From assembly GCA_963724765.1 (NCBI GenBank), contig CAVRVY010000001.1:1024001-1088000 (forward strand): DNA of 64,000 nucleotides, given 5' to 3'. Source of the DNA: an uncultured delta proteobacterium (lineage in GTDB: Bacteria; Desulfobacterota; Binatia; Binatales; Binataceae). Below are positions 18,995 through 28,946 of this stretch, piece by piece; positions within the stretch are counted from its first letter, which is position 1; the number at the start of each line of letters is the position of its first letter. A program made the translations under genes and the position numbers. The notes under the pieces were generated by a model. It was not told where the DNA came from. It searched no databases and saw only the letters and a program-made list of their open reading frames with translations.

Positions 18995-19774
18995 TCAAAG
19001 AAAGCTCAGGTGCGGCGGGGCCGCGGCGAATTCGGCGCGCAGCGCTTCGAGACTCTTCAGATCGTCGACGGTGCGAAAAAGTCCGCGATGTACGTAACCA
19101 AACATCGCCTGTCCCCGCTCTAGCAACGGGGCGAACAGGTCGCCCATCAGGCTGAACGGTGGCGGCGTGGGCGGCATCAGCTCGAACAGCGCCGGCTCGC
19201 ATAGCAAAACGCCGCAATACATGAAGGCCTCGAGGCGCGCCTCGTCGGCCGCGTCAAGCGCAGGTCCGTAGTCGTCGAATTCGACCGGCGCACGGCGCCC
19301 CAGCAAGCGCATTCGACGCACTCGCGCCTGCGGGTCGATTTCGATTCGGCTGTAGCTCCGGGGCGTATCGCTTTCGCGCAGCACCAGCGTCGCGAGACCG
19401 CCGCGGCGGCGATGGAAGTCCGCGAGCGCATGCAGATCGAGATCGATTATCGTGTCGCAGTTGAGGATCGCGAAGGTCTCGCGGCCGAAAAGTTCGCGCA
19501 GGCCCACCAGTGGGCCGCCGGTTCCCAACAGCGCCGTCTCGGGCGCATAGGTTATTCGCAGGCCTATCGCGTCGCCGCCTCCGAGCGCGGTCTGCACGGC
19601 GGCTGCCAGGTGATGGACGTTGATGACGACCTCGGTCACGCCGGCGCGCGCCAGCATCCGCAGCGGATAGTGAATCAGCGGACGCCCGCCGACCTCGACG
19701 ATCGGTTTGGGCACGGTCGCTGTGAGCGGCATCAGCCGCTCACCCTTGCCCGCCGATAACACCAGCGCCTTCAT
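18995..19774 (-). CDS. Sugar-phosphate nucleotidyltransferase, MurU-like
   Basis: MKALVLSAGKGERLMPLTATVPKP, LGTGG; adjacent to an AmgK-like kinase. Confidence 0.85.
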   Translation of the reverse strand: MKALVLSAGKGERLMPLTATVPKPIVEVGGRPLIHYPLRMLARAGVTEVVINVHHLAAAVQTALGGGDAIGLRITYAPETALLGTGGPLVGLRELFGRETFAILNCDTIIDLDLHALADFHRRRGGLATLVLRESDTPRSYSRIEIDPQARVRRMRLLGRRAPVEFDDYGPALDAADEARLEAFMYCGVLLCEPALFELMPPTPPPFSLMGDLFAPLLERGQAMFGYVHRGLFRTVDDLKSLEALRAEFAAAPPHLSFL

Positions 19775-19825
19775 CGGTCCGTTGTTGCCTCTCGCACGAC
19801 CTCGCGCATTGCCTCGCTCGCGGCG

Positions 19826-20965
19826 TCAACCCACGTCGAAGGCCGCGCGCAATCGGGGAAAGTCGTTTTTCGCCGGGGGCCTTGCCAGCAGCGTCAGTAT
19901 CCTGCGCGCCTGCGCTGCCGCATGCGGAATAAATGCCGCGTAGCCCGGCTTGCCCTGGCGCTCGAGCGCGTTGAAGCGTCCGATAACCTTGAGCGCGTGT
20001 TGCAGCACGCACAGATGATAGCTGTTGATGAACTCGTCAGCATCGGGGCAGGGCGCGCCGCGGCGCGCGAGACCCGCAATGTAATAGTCGAGCAGCCGGC
20101 GCTCCGTTTCGGGACCGATTACGCGGCCGGTGTCGCGGGTGGTGAGCAGCACGGCGAGGTCCTGCGCGGCGGGCGCGAGCAGCGCATCCTGAAAATCAAT
20201 CACCCGGATGCGTACCCGGACGCCGTCGTTTTGCGCGAAAAGATTGTGGCCGTGGTAGTCGCGATGCGACAGCACGCGCGCAAGAGCGCCGAGCCGCGCC
20301 GCGAGGTCGTCAAGCTCTGGGGCGAGCGCGCTGAGATTGGTGCCGGGTGCGACGCTCGCCGATCCCGTCACGATAAAATCCTCCATCTCCCATCGGAATA
20401 GCCGCTCGTCGTATGCGATCGACGCGGCGATACATCCGTGGCCGAGCCGCCGCGTGCCTTCAACATGAATCAGCAGAAGTTCGTCCACGGCGCTGCGATA
20501 AAGCGCCGCCGGCTTGGCGACGCCGTCAAGCGCAGCCTGGAACAATGAGGTCTCGCCGACGTCCTCGACCAGCAGCATCCGATGCTCTGGGTCCGCGACG
20601 TAAATTTCGGGTACGGCCGCGCCGATCGAATTGAGGAAGCGCTGCACGTTCAGGAAGGGCGGTTCGGCCGGCGGAGCGGACACCAGATTCAAGGCGCGCA
20701 CGTAAGCGGGCAGGTCGTCGGGGCCGAGGTCGATAGCGATCGCGGCGGCGGGCTGGCTCGTCTTTGATGCGGACGCGGTCGCGCTGGACGCGTCGCCATA
20801 AGGCGGCGCGTCCAGCGCGACCCGCCAGAAGCGGCGGTTCGACGCGTCGCCCTTGAGCATTACGACGCTTGCGGCGCGCGCGCCGGGCCATCGGTCCGCA
20901 AGCGCGCCGTCGAGCCATCGCGCGAGCGTTGACGCGAGCTTTGAATCGACGTCCCTGGAAGACAC
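19826..20965 (-). CDS. APH-family phosphotransferase, AmgK-like anomeric MurNAc kinase
   Basis: GDASNRRFWR, EDVG, HRDYHGHNL, IDFQDA, LKVIGRF. Confidence 0.82.
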   Translation of the reverse strand: MSSRDVDSKLASTLARWLDGALADRWPGARAASVVMLKGDASNRRFWRVALDAPPYGDASSATASASKTSQPAAAIAIDLGPDDLPAYVRALNLVSAPPAEPPFLNVQRFLNSIGAAVPEIYVADPEHRMLLVEDVGETSLFQAALDGVAKPAALYRSAVDELLLIHVEGTRRLGHGCIAASIAYDERLFRWEMEDFIVTGSASVAPGTNLSALAPELDDLAARLGALARVLSHRDYHGHNLFAQNDGVRVRIRVIDFQDALLAPAAQDLAVLLTTRDTGRVIGPETERRLLDYYIAGLARRGAPCPDADEFINSYHLCVLQHALKVIGRFNALERQGKPGYAAFIPHAAAQARRILTLLARPPAKNDFPRLRAAFDVG

Positions 20966-21081
20966 GACGCGATCTTAGCCGCTGCACGCGGCGGCGGCCA
21001 TGCGTGCGGGCCAAAGCCCCCGTACGCATGGCCGCCGCCACGCAGCTCATGCATCGCGCTGGCGCGGCGGGCGCGTTTGCG

Positions 21082-23217
21082 CTACGAGTCCGACCGCGCC
21101 GCGCCGCCGTCAAGGCTCATCAGCTCTTCGTACAGCCGTTCGATTTCGCCGCCGAGCCGCTCGTAGGCAGCGATGAGTTCTTTGGCGTCGGTGCGTTTCA
21201 GGTAGAAGTTGGGGTCGTTCATCTGCTCGCCGAGCGCGGCGCGCTCGGTTTCCTTGCGCCCGATATCGCCCTCGAGCGTCTGGCGCCGGCGGGCGCGCCG
21301 CTCGCGCTCGCGGCGCTCCCTGATGTCGTTGTCGTGCGCGGTGGCGCCGTCCGCCCCGGCTTTGCCGGGAGCGGACGGCGCTGCTGCGTGCGGATTGCCT
21401 GGGCGTCCGCCGTTGCCGGCGGACGCGCCGTTGCCGGAACGTCCGCCGTTGCCGGAACGTCCGCCGTTGCCGGAACGTCCGCCGTTGCCGGAACGTCCGC
21501 CGTTGCCCGAGCGTGCGCCGGGGTGCGCGCCGCCTTCGGCGGCCCGCTCCGCGGCTGCCGCCGACGCTGCGGCACGGGCCGCGGCGCCATTGGCCGCGGT
21601 GGCGGCGGACTCGGCCGCCGCCTTCTTGGCCAGGTAGTAGTCGTAATTGCCGAGGTAGCGCGTCGCGTGGCCCTGGCCGACCTCGATAACCTCGGTCGCC
21701 AGTTCGTTGAGCAGGTAGCGGTCGTGACTGACGATCACCACGGTGCCCGGAAAACGGCGCAGCGCTTCGAGCAGCGTGTCTTTGGCCACGATGTCGAGGT
21801 TGTTGGTCGGTTCGTCGAGGAGCAGGCAGTTGTTGCGATGCGCCAGCACTTTGGCGAGCGCGAGCCGCGCGCGTTCACCGCCCGAGAGCACGCCCGCGAG
21901 CTTCAGCGCGTCGTCGCCCGAAAAGAGCATCGCGCCGAGCAGGCCGCGAATTTCGCCGGTCGACATCCCCTCCGCCGCGTCGCTCAGCTCTTTGAGCGCG
22001 GTCTTGCTGTAATCGAGCGACTCGGCGAGGTTCTGCGCGAAGTAACCGATCTCGACTCCCGCGCCAACGGTGCGCTCGCCGGCGGTCATCGGTTCGATCC
22101 CCGCCAGCAGCTTCATCATCGTGGACTTGCCCGCGCCGTTGGGTCCGACCAGCGCGATTCGTGCGCCGCGCTCGATCGTCAGATCGACGCCGTCGTAAAC
22201 GGTGATGTCGCCGTAGCGTTTGACCGCGCCGCGCAGCTCGAACACCCGGCGACCGCCGCGCTCGCATTGGGGGAAACGGATCGCAGGTGGGTTTTCACTG
22301 CCCGCGGGCGGCTCCAGCCGTTCAATTTTCTCGAGCTGCTTTATCCGGCTTTGGACCAGCTTGGCCTTGCTTGCCTGGTAGCGGAAGCGGCTGATGAAGG
22401 CTTCCATGTGCTCGATCTCGGCGCGCTGGTTCTCGTAGGCCGCCTGCTCCAGCTCGCGGCGCTGCTCGCGCTCGACCAGGTAGGCCGTGTAGCCGCCCCG
22501 GTATTCGACCAACCGGCCGCGTGAGACCTCGACCGTGCGGTCGGTCACGCGATCGAGAAAGTAGCGGTCGTGCGAGACCAGAATTATTCCGCCCGGATAG
22601 TTTGCCAGGTAATCCTCGAGCCAGTTGCGCGCCTCGAGGTCGAGATGGTTGGTCGGTTCGTCGAGCATCAGGAATTCCGGCCGGCGCACCAACAGCTTGG
22701 CCAGCGCGATACGCATCCGGATGCCGCCGGAAAACTCGGCGACGTCGCGCGCGAGGTCGGCCTCGCTGAAGCCCAGCCCGAACAGCACCGCCTTGGCGCG
22801 GCTGTCGGCCTCGTAGAAGCCGTGGCGCTCCAGTTCGCTCAGTACGTCACCGAGTTCGGTCAGTGCGGCGTCGTGCTCGGGGCCTCTATGATGCTTGGCG
22901 AGCACCTCTTCGAGCTCGACCCGGCGGCGGTCATGCGTTTGCATTTCGCTCAGCGCAGAGAGCGTTTCCTCTAGCACCGGCCGGCCGCTCATCTCGGGTG
23001 CGTCCTGGGGCAGATAGCCGACAGAAGAGCGCTGGGGACGCGCGATCCGGCCGGAGTCGGGCGTGATGACTTCGGCGATCATGCGCAGCAAAGTGGTCTT
23101 GCCGGCGCCGTTGAGGCCGACCAGACCGACCCGTGCGTCGTCGGCCATCGCCCAGCTCACGCTGTCGAAGATCGTGCGTCCACCGTAGAACTTTGAGACT
23201 TTATCGAGCGCTAGCAT
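21082..23217 (-). CDS. ABC-F family ATPase
   Basis: Two nucleotide-binding domains (GLNGAGKTT, SGG, LDEPTNHLD; GPNGAGKST, LSGGE, LDEPTNNLD) and no membrane domain. Confidence 0.94.
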   Translation of the reverse strand: MLALDKVSKFYGGRTIFDSVSWAMADDARVGLVGLNGAGKTTLLRMIAEVITPDSGRIARPQRSSVGYLPQDAPEMSGRPVLEETLSALSEMQTHDRRRVELEEVLAKHHRGPEHDAALTELGDVLSELERHGFYEADSRAKAVLFGLGFSEADLARDVAEFSGGIRMRIALAKLLVRRPEFLMLDEPTNHLDLEARNWLEDYLANYPGGIILVSHDRYFLDRVTDRTVEVSRGRLVEYRGGYTAYLVEREQRRELEQAAYENQRAEIEHMEAFISRFRYQASKAKLVQSRIKQLEKIERLEPPAGSENPPAIRFPQCERGGRRVFELRGAVKRYGDITVYDGVDLTIERGARIALVGPNGAGKSTMMKLLAGIEPMTAGERTVGAGVEIGYFAQNLAESLDYSKTALKELSDAAEGMSTGEIRGLLGAMLFSGDDALKLAGVLSGGERARLALAKVLAHRNNCLLLDEPTNNLDIVAKDTLLEALRRFPGTVVIVSHDRYLLNELATEVIEVGQGHATRYLGNYDYYLAKKAAAESAATAANGAAARAAASAAAAERAAEGGAHPGARSGNGGRSGNGGRSGNGGRSGNGGRSGNGASAGNGGRPGNPHAAAPSAPGKAGADGATAHDNDIRERRERERRARRRQTLEGDIGRKETERAALGEQMNDPNFYLKRTDAKELIAAYERLGGEIERLYEELMSLDGGAARSDS
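21404..21511. repeat. 18-bp tandem repeat, about 6 units, encoding SGNGGR within the ABC-F linker
   Basis: cgtccgccgttgccggaa three times perfect (21440-21493) plus degenerate flanking units. Confidence 0.9.
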
Positions 23218-23614
23218 CCGGGCAAATTCAGGCTATTCCAGAAAATTCGGTTAATTCCGTAAAGGGCGCGGGGAGCGTGCAGCGCGTCTTCCGGGAAGGC
23301 ACGCGGCGCGTATCCCGATGTGCCGGCCGCGCCGCCTCGGGCACCCACCGCGGGCTCGCCTAAGCCCATCATTGTAGCCGTATCGGCGGGCGTGCAAAAG
23401 CCGCGGGCTGCGATCGGGGCCATCTTAGTTCTTGCTTAACTCTCGGTGCTTACTTAACTCTCGCGTAACGCTTGTCCGGCGGGCCGAAGTCCACGCTGCG
23501 TGCATCGGACGCCGGGGTATGGACGGGACATGGCACAATCCGTTTAATGGTGGGTAAAGTCTGATGGGGAGAGCCCGGACCGGCGCGGCCGTCCGGCGAC
23601 AACGGAGAGACGAT

Positions 23615-23959
23615 ATGCCCGCAATCCGGGACGGCGACCACATCCTCGTAATCGATCGCAAGCTTTTTCACGACGACAACACGCGCTTCTTCGTCGGCGT
23701 GGTCGAAGAGTACGATGACCGAGTGATACGCCTGCGCGGCTTTCCGTTCCATCTGAGTCCCTACGAGGTCACCGGCGTGGAGCGCCATGGCGAGCAGCGA
23801 GTAAGAGTGCTCTCGATGTCTGGCGACATATTGCTCTACATGCTTCCGCGCGAGACCGAGCTCGACAAGATGCAGTTGCGCCGCTCGCCCAAGTCGCTCC
23901 AGATGACGGACGGCGGCGCGGTGACGATCGATCTCAGCGAATGGCTGATGCGCGCTTAA
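23615..23959 (+). CDS. Hypothetical protein
   Basis: GGAGA RBS before ATG; beta-rich sequence with normal codon usage. Confidence 0.7.
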   Translation: MPAIRDGDHILVIDRKLFHDDNTRFFVGVVEEYDDRVIRLRGFPFHLSPYEVTGVERHGEQRVRVLSMSGDILLYMLPRETELDKMQLRRSPKSLQMTDGGAVTIDLSEWLMRA

Positions 23960-24408
23960 GGTTCGCGGCCGCGCTTGCCGGGCTGCTGCTGGTCGCGATA
24001 GGGCCGTCGCCGGCCTTAGCCCAGTCGCAACAGAATCAGGATCTGTCACAAGAACCGATGCCCGCGCCCGGGGCCATGCAGACGCCGGCAGCGATGCCCG
24101 GACATAGCTTCAACCACGTCGACCTTCCGCAACCGCCCTTGATCACGATGACTGCCGTGCCCGGCTACGGCCCCGCGCCGCTCACGGTCGGATTCTTCGT
24201 CAATACGGTCGACCCCGAGGGCAAGGGCTTCGTCTCGTACGTGTGGAATTTTGGCGACGGGCAGGTCTCGATGGATCCGCCACTGAGTTTTTTCCACACT
24301 TACACAACCGCAGGCACCTACGTCGCGACGGTCAACGCGACCACCGCGGACGGCCGCACTGCTACCACCTATGTCGGAATCACGGTGCGTCCGGGCGTCC
24401 CCGATTAG
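23941..24408 (+). CDS. Secreted PKD-domain protein
   Basis: Signal peptide ending ALA; GPAPLTVGF...YVWNFGDG...HTYTTAGTY. Confidence 0.85.
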   Translation: MADARLRFAAALAGLLLVAIGPSPALAQSQQNQDLSQEPMPAPGAMQTPAAMPGHSFNHVDLPQPPLITMTAVPGYGPAPLTVGFFVNTVDPEGKGFVSYVWNFGDGQVSMDPPLSFFHTYTTAGTYVATVNATTADGRTATTYVGITVRPGVPD

Positions 24409-24413
24409 GCGGC

Positions 24414-25097
24414 TCAGTCGCCCGGGTTGAGAATTTCGACCTTGCCGCTTTCCAGGTCGTAGCGGGCGCCGACGATTTTCAGGCTGCCATCGGCGACGCG
24501 TTTTTTGAACTGCGGCGAGCGCGCCAATGTCTTTACCTGGTCGATCACATTCAAATCGATCGCGCTCGATTCGAGATTGTCGCCGCCTTTCTTGCGCGCC
24601 TGCTCGACCGCCGGGCAGATGTTGGCGAAGATTTCGGGTAGTTTGGCCGCGGGCTTGCTGACGCACTCAGCGAGTGCGCCTTTGACCGCGCCGCAGCTCT
24701 GGTGACCCAGCACCATGATCAAATTCGTGCCCAGGTGATCGACCGCATAGTCGATACTTTCGAGGCCCGCGCGGGTGACCGTATTGCCTGCCAGGCGTAT
24801 CACGAAAAGATCGCCGAGCCCCTGGTCGAAAATAAGCTCCGGCGGCACCCGCGAATCCGAGCACGATAAGATCACCGCGAACGGCGCCTGGCCGGCGGCA
24901 AGTTCCTCGCGCCGTTTGGCGTGAAGATGAGGATGGCCGGTGGTGTCGCTCTGGAAGCGCTGGTTGCCCGCCATGAGTTGCGCGAGGGCCTGAGCCGGAG
25001 TCATCGCCGTAGCGCCCATGTCAGCGGCCGCCGAGACCGTGGAGAGTTGCCCGGTTCCAAAGATCCAAAGCGCGGTCGTCAAAACCGCAAACGTCAA
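24414..25097 (-). CDS. Beta-class carbonic anhydrase, probably exported
   Basis: LMAGNQRF, CSDSRVPPE, GDLFVIRLAGN, LGHQSCGAV; start uncertain (see finding). Confidence 0.92.
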   Translation of the reverse strand: MTFAVLTTALWIFGTGQLSTVSAAADMGATAMTPAQALAQLMAGNQRFQSDTTGHPHLHAKRREELAAGQAPFAVILSCSDSRVPPELIFDQGLGDLFVIRLAGNTVTRAGLESIDYAVDHLGTNLIMVLGHQSCGAVKGALAECVSKPAAKLPEIFANICPAVEQARKKGGDNLESSAIDLNVIDQVKTLARSPQFKKRVADGSLKIVGARYDLESGKVEILNPGD

Positions 25098-25277
25098 TTG
25101 TATTCAACGCATCTCGGGTAAACGCATCTCGGGTTCCTCTTTTTTTGCACTCGCTCGTTCGCATGAAAACACGCTGCCTCCGTCTCAACGAACCGGGATT
25201 TTATCATCCTTGTTCGCCGATTGAAGGTGTACCGCGCGCGCATTGACAGCGGCGTATCGCTTGGCAACTAAGTAGAT

Positions 25278-25769
25278 ATGCGACGCGTGTGGATTTCCGC
25301 TTCAGCAGGATTGGCGATCGTGATCGCCCTGAGCGCGGCCGGATGCCTCTCCGAGGCGATCAAGCAAAACCAGCAACAACTCGATCAGCAGAAGATCGAA
25401 CTGGAGCAACTCAAGCAGCAGGTAGCGGATCTCAAGGCCGCCCAACAGCCCTCCTATCCGACCACCCCGCCGCCGCCCGGGTCGTGCGACAAGGCCGTGA
25501 TGCAAGTGGCGACCAAACACGGTGGTGAGCGGTTTGCGGCCAGCGAATTTGACAAGGCGCTCGGCTACTACCAGGATGCCGTCACCGCCTGCCCGACCAG
25601 CGCGCAGGCTCAGCTCAACGTGGCGCGCGCCTACGAGGCGCTAGGCGATCGCGACCAGGCGATAGGCTATTACAGGCGTGTCGTCCAGTCCGCGCCATCC
25701 GACCACGACGCCGACCCTGCCGTCTCCGAGCAGGCGCAACAGGCGCTGGCGCGGCTGGCTGCAAAGTAG
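25278..25769 (+). CDS. TPR-containing lipoprotein
   Basis: Lipobox AAGC, coiled coil, TPR helices. Confidence 0.8.
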   Translation: MRRVWISASAGLAIVIALSAAGCLSEAIKQNQQQLDQQKIELEQLKQQVADLKAAQQPSYPTTPPPPGSCDKAVMQVATKHGGERFAASEFDKALGYYQDAVTACPTSAQAQLNVARAYEALGDRDQAIGYYRRVVQSAPSDHDADPAVSEQAQQALARLAAK

Positions 25770-25826
25770 TGCCTGCGTGATGGAAGCGACTCGAACGACC
25801 GAACGCGTGTGAGGAGGGATGCTCCC

Positions 25827-26621
25827 TTGAAGGACGTATTCAGCGTCGAAGGCAAGGTCACAATCGTAACCGGCGGCGGCACCGGAATCGGCGCCGTGAT
25901 CGCGCGCGAGTTCGCGCTGCGCGGAGCGCCGGTGCTGGTCGCAAGCCGCAACGCCGGGCATCTGGAGCCCGTGCGCGACGCCATCCGCAAGGCCGGCGGC
26001 AAGTGCGAGATGGCGGTGTGCGACGTGCGCAACGCGGAGTCATGCGACGCGCTGGTGGCCGAAGCGGTCAAGTACTTCGGCCGGCTCGACGTGATGATCA
26101 ACAACCACGGCGCGAGCATCGCCGCCCCCAGCCTCAAGCTCTCGCCCAACGGCTGGCGCGCGGTGGTTTCGATCAACCTCGACGGCGTGTTTTTCTGTTC
26201 CAAGGCCGCCGCCCGCCAGTTCGTCGAGCAAAAGGGCCCCGGCACTATCATCAACCTGTCCTCCACCGCCGGCGTTCACGGCTCGGCCACGATGCTGCCC
26301 TATGCGGCGTCCAAGGCCGGCGTGATCAAGCTCACCGAATCGCAGGCCGCCGAGTGGGGCCATCTGGGTATCCGCGTCAACTGTATTGCGCCCGGCCCGG
26401 TCACCACCGAGGGCGCCGCCGAACGTATCTGGCCCAATGAGAAGGTCAAGGCCGCGATGCTGATGTCGCGCGCGCTGCAACGCTTCGGAACCTGCGAGGA
26501 AATCGCCTACCCGTGCATCTTCCTCGCCTCCGACGCGGCGAGTTTCATCACCGGCGCGCTGCTAATCGCCGACGGCGGGAACCTGCGTTACGGCGACGCG
26601 TTGCAAATCCTGCCCGAGTAA
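25827..26621 (+). CDS. SDR-family oxidoreductase
   Basis: TGGGTGIG, YAASK, IRVNCIAPG; GAGGAGG RBS before TTG. Confidence 0.92.
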   Translation: MKDVFSVEGKVTIVTGGGTGIGAVIAREFALRGAPVLVASRNAGHLEPVRDAIRKAGGKCEMAVCDVRNAESCDALVAEAVKYFGRLDVMINNHGASIAAPSLKLSPNGWRAVVSINLDGVFFCSKAAARQFVEQKGPGTIINLSSTAGVHGSATMLPYAASKAGVIKLTESQAAEWGHLGIRVNCIAPGPVTTEGAAERIWPNEKVKAAMLMSRALQRFGTCEEIAYPCIFLASDAASFITGALLIADGGNLRYGDALQILPE

Positions 26622-26769
26622 GTCCCGCCCGAATAAGCCCTGCCCGAGTAACGGTCGGGCAGGGGCGCGGCACGGCTCGGCAAGGCGGCGCTTGTCGCAG
26701 CGCGGCGCGCCGTGGTATCCGAAATCGCGCGCTGTTGGATTCGGGCCGCCGCCGAAGGGATAGAGAAAC

Positions 26770-27915
26770 TTGGATTTCGGATTCAGCGAAGAGCAGGAGA
26801 TGCTGCGCCAGAGCGCCAGGTCGCTGCTCGAGCGCGAATGTCCCTCCACGCACGTGCGTCAGATGATGGAGGACGAGCGCGGATATTCGCCCGAGCTGTG
26901 GCGCAAGATGGCGTCCCTCGGATGGCTCGGCCTCGTGCTGCCCGAAGAGCATGGCGGTGCCGGACTCAACTACGTCGATTTGGTGGTGGTGGCGGAGGAG
27001 ATGGGCCGCGTGCTGCTGCCGTCGCCATTTATCTGGACTCTGATGTTCGCCGAGGCGATCAGCCGCGCCGGCTCCGACGAGCAGAAGCGCCGTTTCCTTC
27101 CCCCGATCGCGCGCGGCGAACTAATTGCCACCGCCGCCCATCTGGAGGCGAACGGAAGCTGGGAGGAAAGCGGCATCACGATGGTCGCGCGCAAAAGCGG
27201 CGCGAGTTTCGTGCTCGAGGGCGAGAAATTGTTCGTCAACGACGCGCACATCGCCGATTTCTTCCTGGTCGCGGCGCGCACCGGCGGCAAACGCGGCGGC
27301 CGCAAGGTCGACAAAGACGTGACGCTGTTCGCGATCAGCGCGAAGCGCCCCGGTATCACGGTGACGCCGCTCAAAACGATGGATCAGACGCGCAAGCTCG
27401 GTGCGATCGCGATGCGCGGCGTGAAGGCGACGGCGGCCGACGTGATCGGCGAAGTCAGTAACGGATGGCCCGTGCTGGCCGCTGCGATCGATCGCGCCAA
27501 GGTGGCGCTCGCGGCCGAGATGATGGGCGGTGCGCAGAAAGTGCTCGAGACCACGGTCGAATACACCAAGGTGCGCGAGCAATTCGGCCGCCCGATCGGC
27601 AGCTTCCAGGCAATCCAGCACAAGTGCGCGAACATGATGGTCGACGTCGAGGGAGCGAAGTCCGCCGTGTACTACGCCGCGTGGGCGGTCAGCAACGACG
27701 CCGTCGACGCCGCGACCGCCGCGGCGGTCGCCAAGGCCGCCGCCTCCGACGCTTACCGGCGCACTGCGGCCGATGGCATCCAGGTCCACGGCGGGATCGG
27801 CTTTACCTGGGAGCACGACATGCATCTTTATTTCAAGCGCGCCAAGTCCTCGGAGTTCACCTTCGGCGACGCCAATTTCAATCGCGAGATCGTGGCGCAA
27901 TTGATCGGGCTATAA
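26770..27915 (+). CDS. Acyl-CoA dehydrogenase
   Basis: DFGFSEEQEMLR, REQFGRPIGSFQAIQH, QVHGGIGFTWE. Confidence 0.94.
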   Translation: MDFGFSEEQEMLRQSARSLLERECPSTHVRQMMEDERGYSPELWRKMASLGWLGLVLPEEHGGAGLNYVDLVVVAEEMGRVLLPSPFIWTLMFAEAISRAGSDEQKRRFLPPIARGELIATAAHLEANGSWEESGITMVARKSGASFVLEGEKLFVNDAHIADFFLVAARTGGKRGGRKVDKDVTLFAISAKRPGITVTPLKTMDQTRKLGAIAMRGVKATAADVIGEVSNGWPVLAAAIDRAKVALAAEMMGGAQKVLETTVEYTKVREQFGRPIGSFQAIQHKCANMMVDVEGAKSAVYYAAWAVSNDAVDAATAAAVAKAAASDAYRRTAADGIQVHGGIGFTWEHDMHLYFKRAKSSEFTFGDANFNREIVAQLIGL

Positions 27916-28002
27916 AACGGTCCGGGCTATAAATTGATCGGACTATAAATCGAGCGCGACGGGGCGGCGCGCCTGCGCGGGCCGCCAGGGAGAATTTCAA
28001 CG

Positions 28003-28461
28003 ATGGTGGACAAGAGCATAGTCGGCAAAACCGGCAAACCGTTTTCGATGCCGATCGAATGGGGCAAGGTGCGCGAGTTTGCCCGCGCGGTGCGCGATCC
28101 CAATCCGATCTATTTCGATCCTGAACTGGCCAAAAAGGAATGCGGCGGGATTCCGATACCGGTCACTTTTCTCCAGACCAGCGCCTTTTGGCAGTCCGCC
28201 GAGTCGATGCCGCCGCTCGATGTCTTCGACATGCGGCGTATCCTGCACGGCGAACAGGAGTTCGAGTTCTTCAAGCCGATCCTTGTGGGCGACACCTTGA
28301 CCGGGGTCGCGCATGTCGCCGACATCTACGAAAAGGAAGGCGGGCGCGGCGGCAAGATGACTTTCCTGGCGGTCGAAACGACCTACAGCAATCAGAAGAA
28401 CGAAAAAGTCGCACGTTCGCGCTTCGTGCTGGTCGAGACCGGCCACGCAGTCGGCGGATGA
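28003..28461 (+). CDS. MaoC/FAS1-like dehydratase N-terminal (hot-dog) protein
   Basis: KVREFARAVRDPNPIY, LHGEQEFEFFKPI. Confidence 0.85.
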   Translation: MVDKSIVGKTGKPFSMPIEWGKVREFARAVRDPNPIYFDPELAKKECGGIPIPVTFLQTSAFWQSAESMPPLDVFDMRRILHGEQEFEFFKPILVGDTLTGVAHVADIYEKEGGRGGKMTFLAVETTYSNQKNEKVARSRFVLVETGHAVGG

Positions 28462-28520
28462 GCTGAGCGAACAGGCGATCGCAAGTGTGCGCGGAACATT
28501 TACACCACAGTGAGGCAGCC

Positions 28521-28946
28521 ATGGCATCGAAACTGAAATTCGACACGATAAAAGTTGGCGACGCGATTCCCACCATCACGATCGACAACGTCGCGCGCCC
28601 TGATTTCGTCCGGTACGCCGGGGCCTCGGGCGATTTCGTGCCGCTACACTACGATCAGACTTTCGTCGAGGCGGCCGGTATTCCGACCGTGTTCGCGCAG
28701 GGGATGTGGACCGCGGGATGCCTTTCGCGATGCCTGACGGATTTTGCCGGCGCCGGCCAGGTCCGTCACTTCAAGGTGCGCTTCGCGCGGCAGGTATGGC
28801 CGGGCGATACGCTGACCTGCCGCGGCACGGTGACTGCCAAGAACGAAGCGAACGGCGAAAAGCTGGTCGAGGGCGAGCTCGAAGTGGTCAATCAGAAGGG
28901 CGAGGCCGCGGTCAAAGGCGCGTTCCGCGTCGCCGCGGCCTATTAA
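28521..28946 (+). CDS. MaoC-family dehydratase
   Basis: YAGASGDFVPLHYD, VRFARQVWPGDTL. Confidence 0.87.
   Translation: MASKLKFDTIKVGDAIPTITIDNVARPDFVRYAGASGDFVPLHYDQTFVEAAGIPTVFAQGMWTAGCLSRCLTDFAGAGQVRHFKVRFARQVWPGDTLTCRGTVTAKNEANGEKLVEGELEVVNQKGEAAVKGAFRVAAAY

Noticed and set aside
21404-21511. Possible CRISPR array
   Set aside because: Contiguous 18-bp units with no spacers, in frame inside a CDS, and no cas genes in the window.
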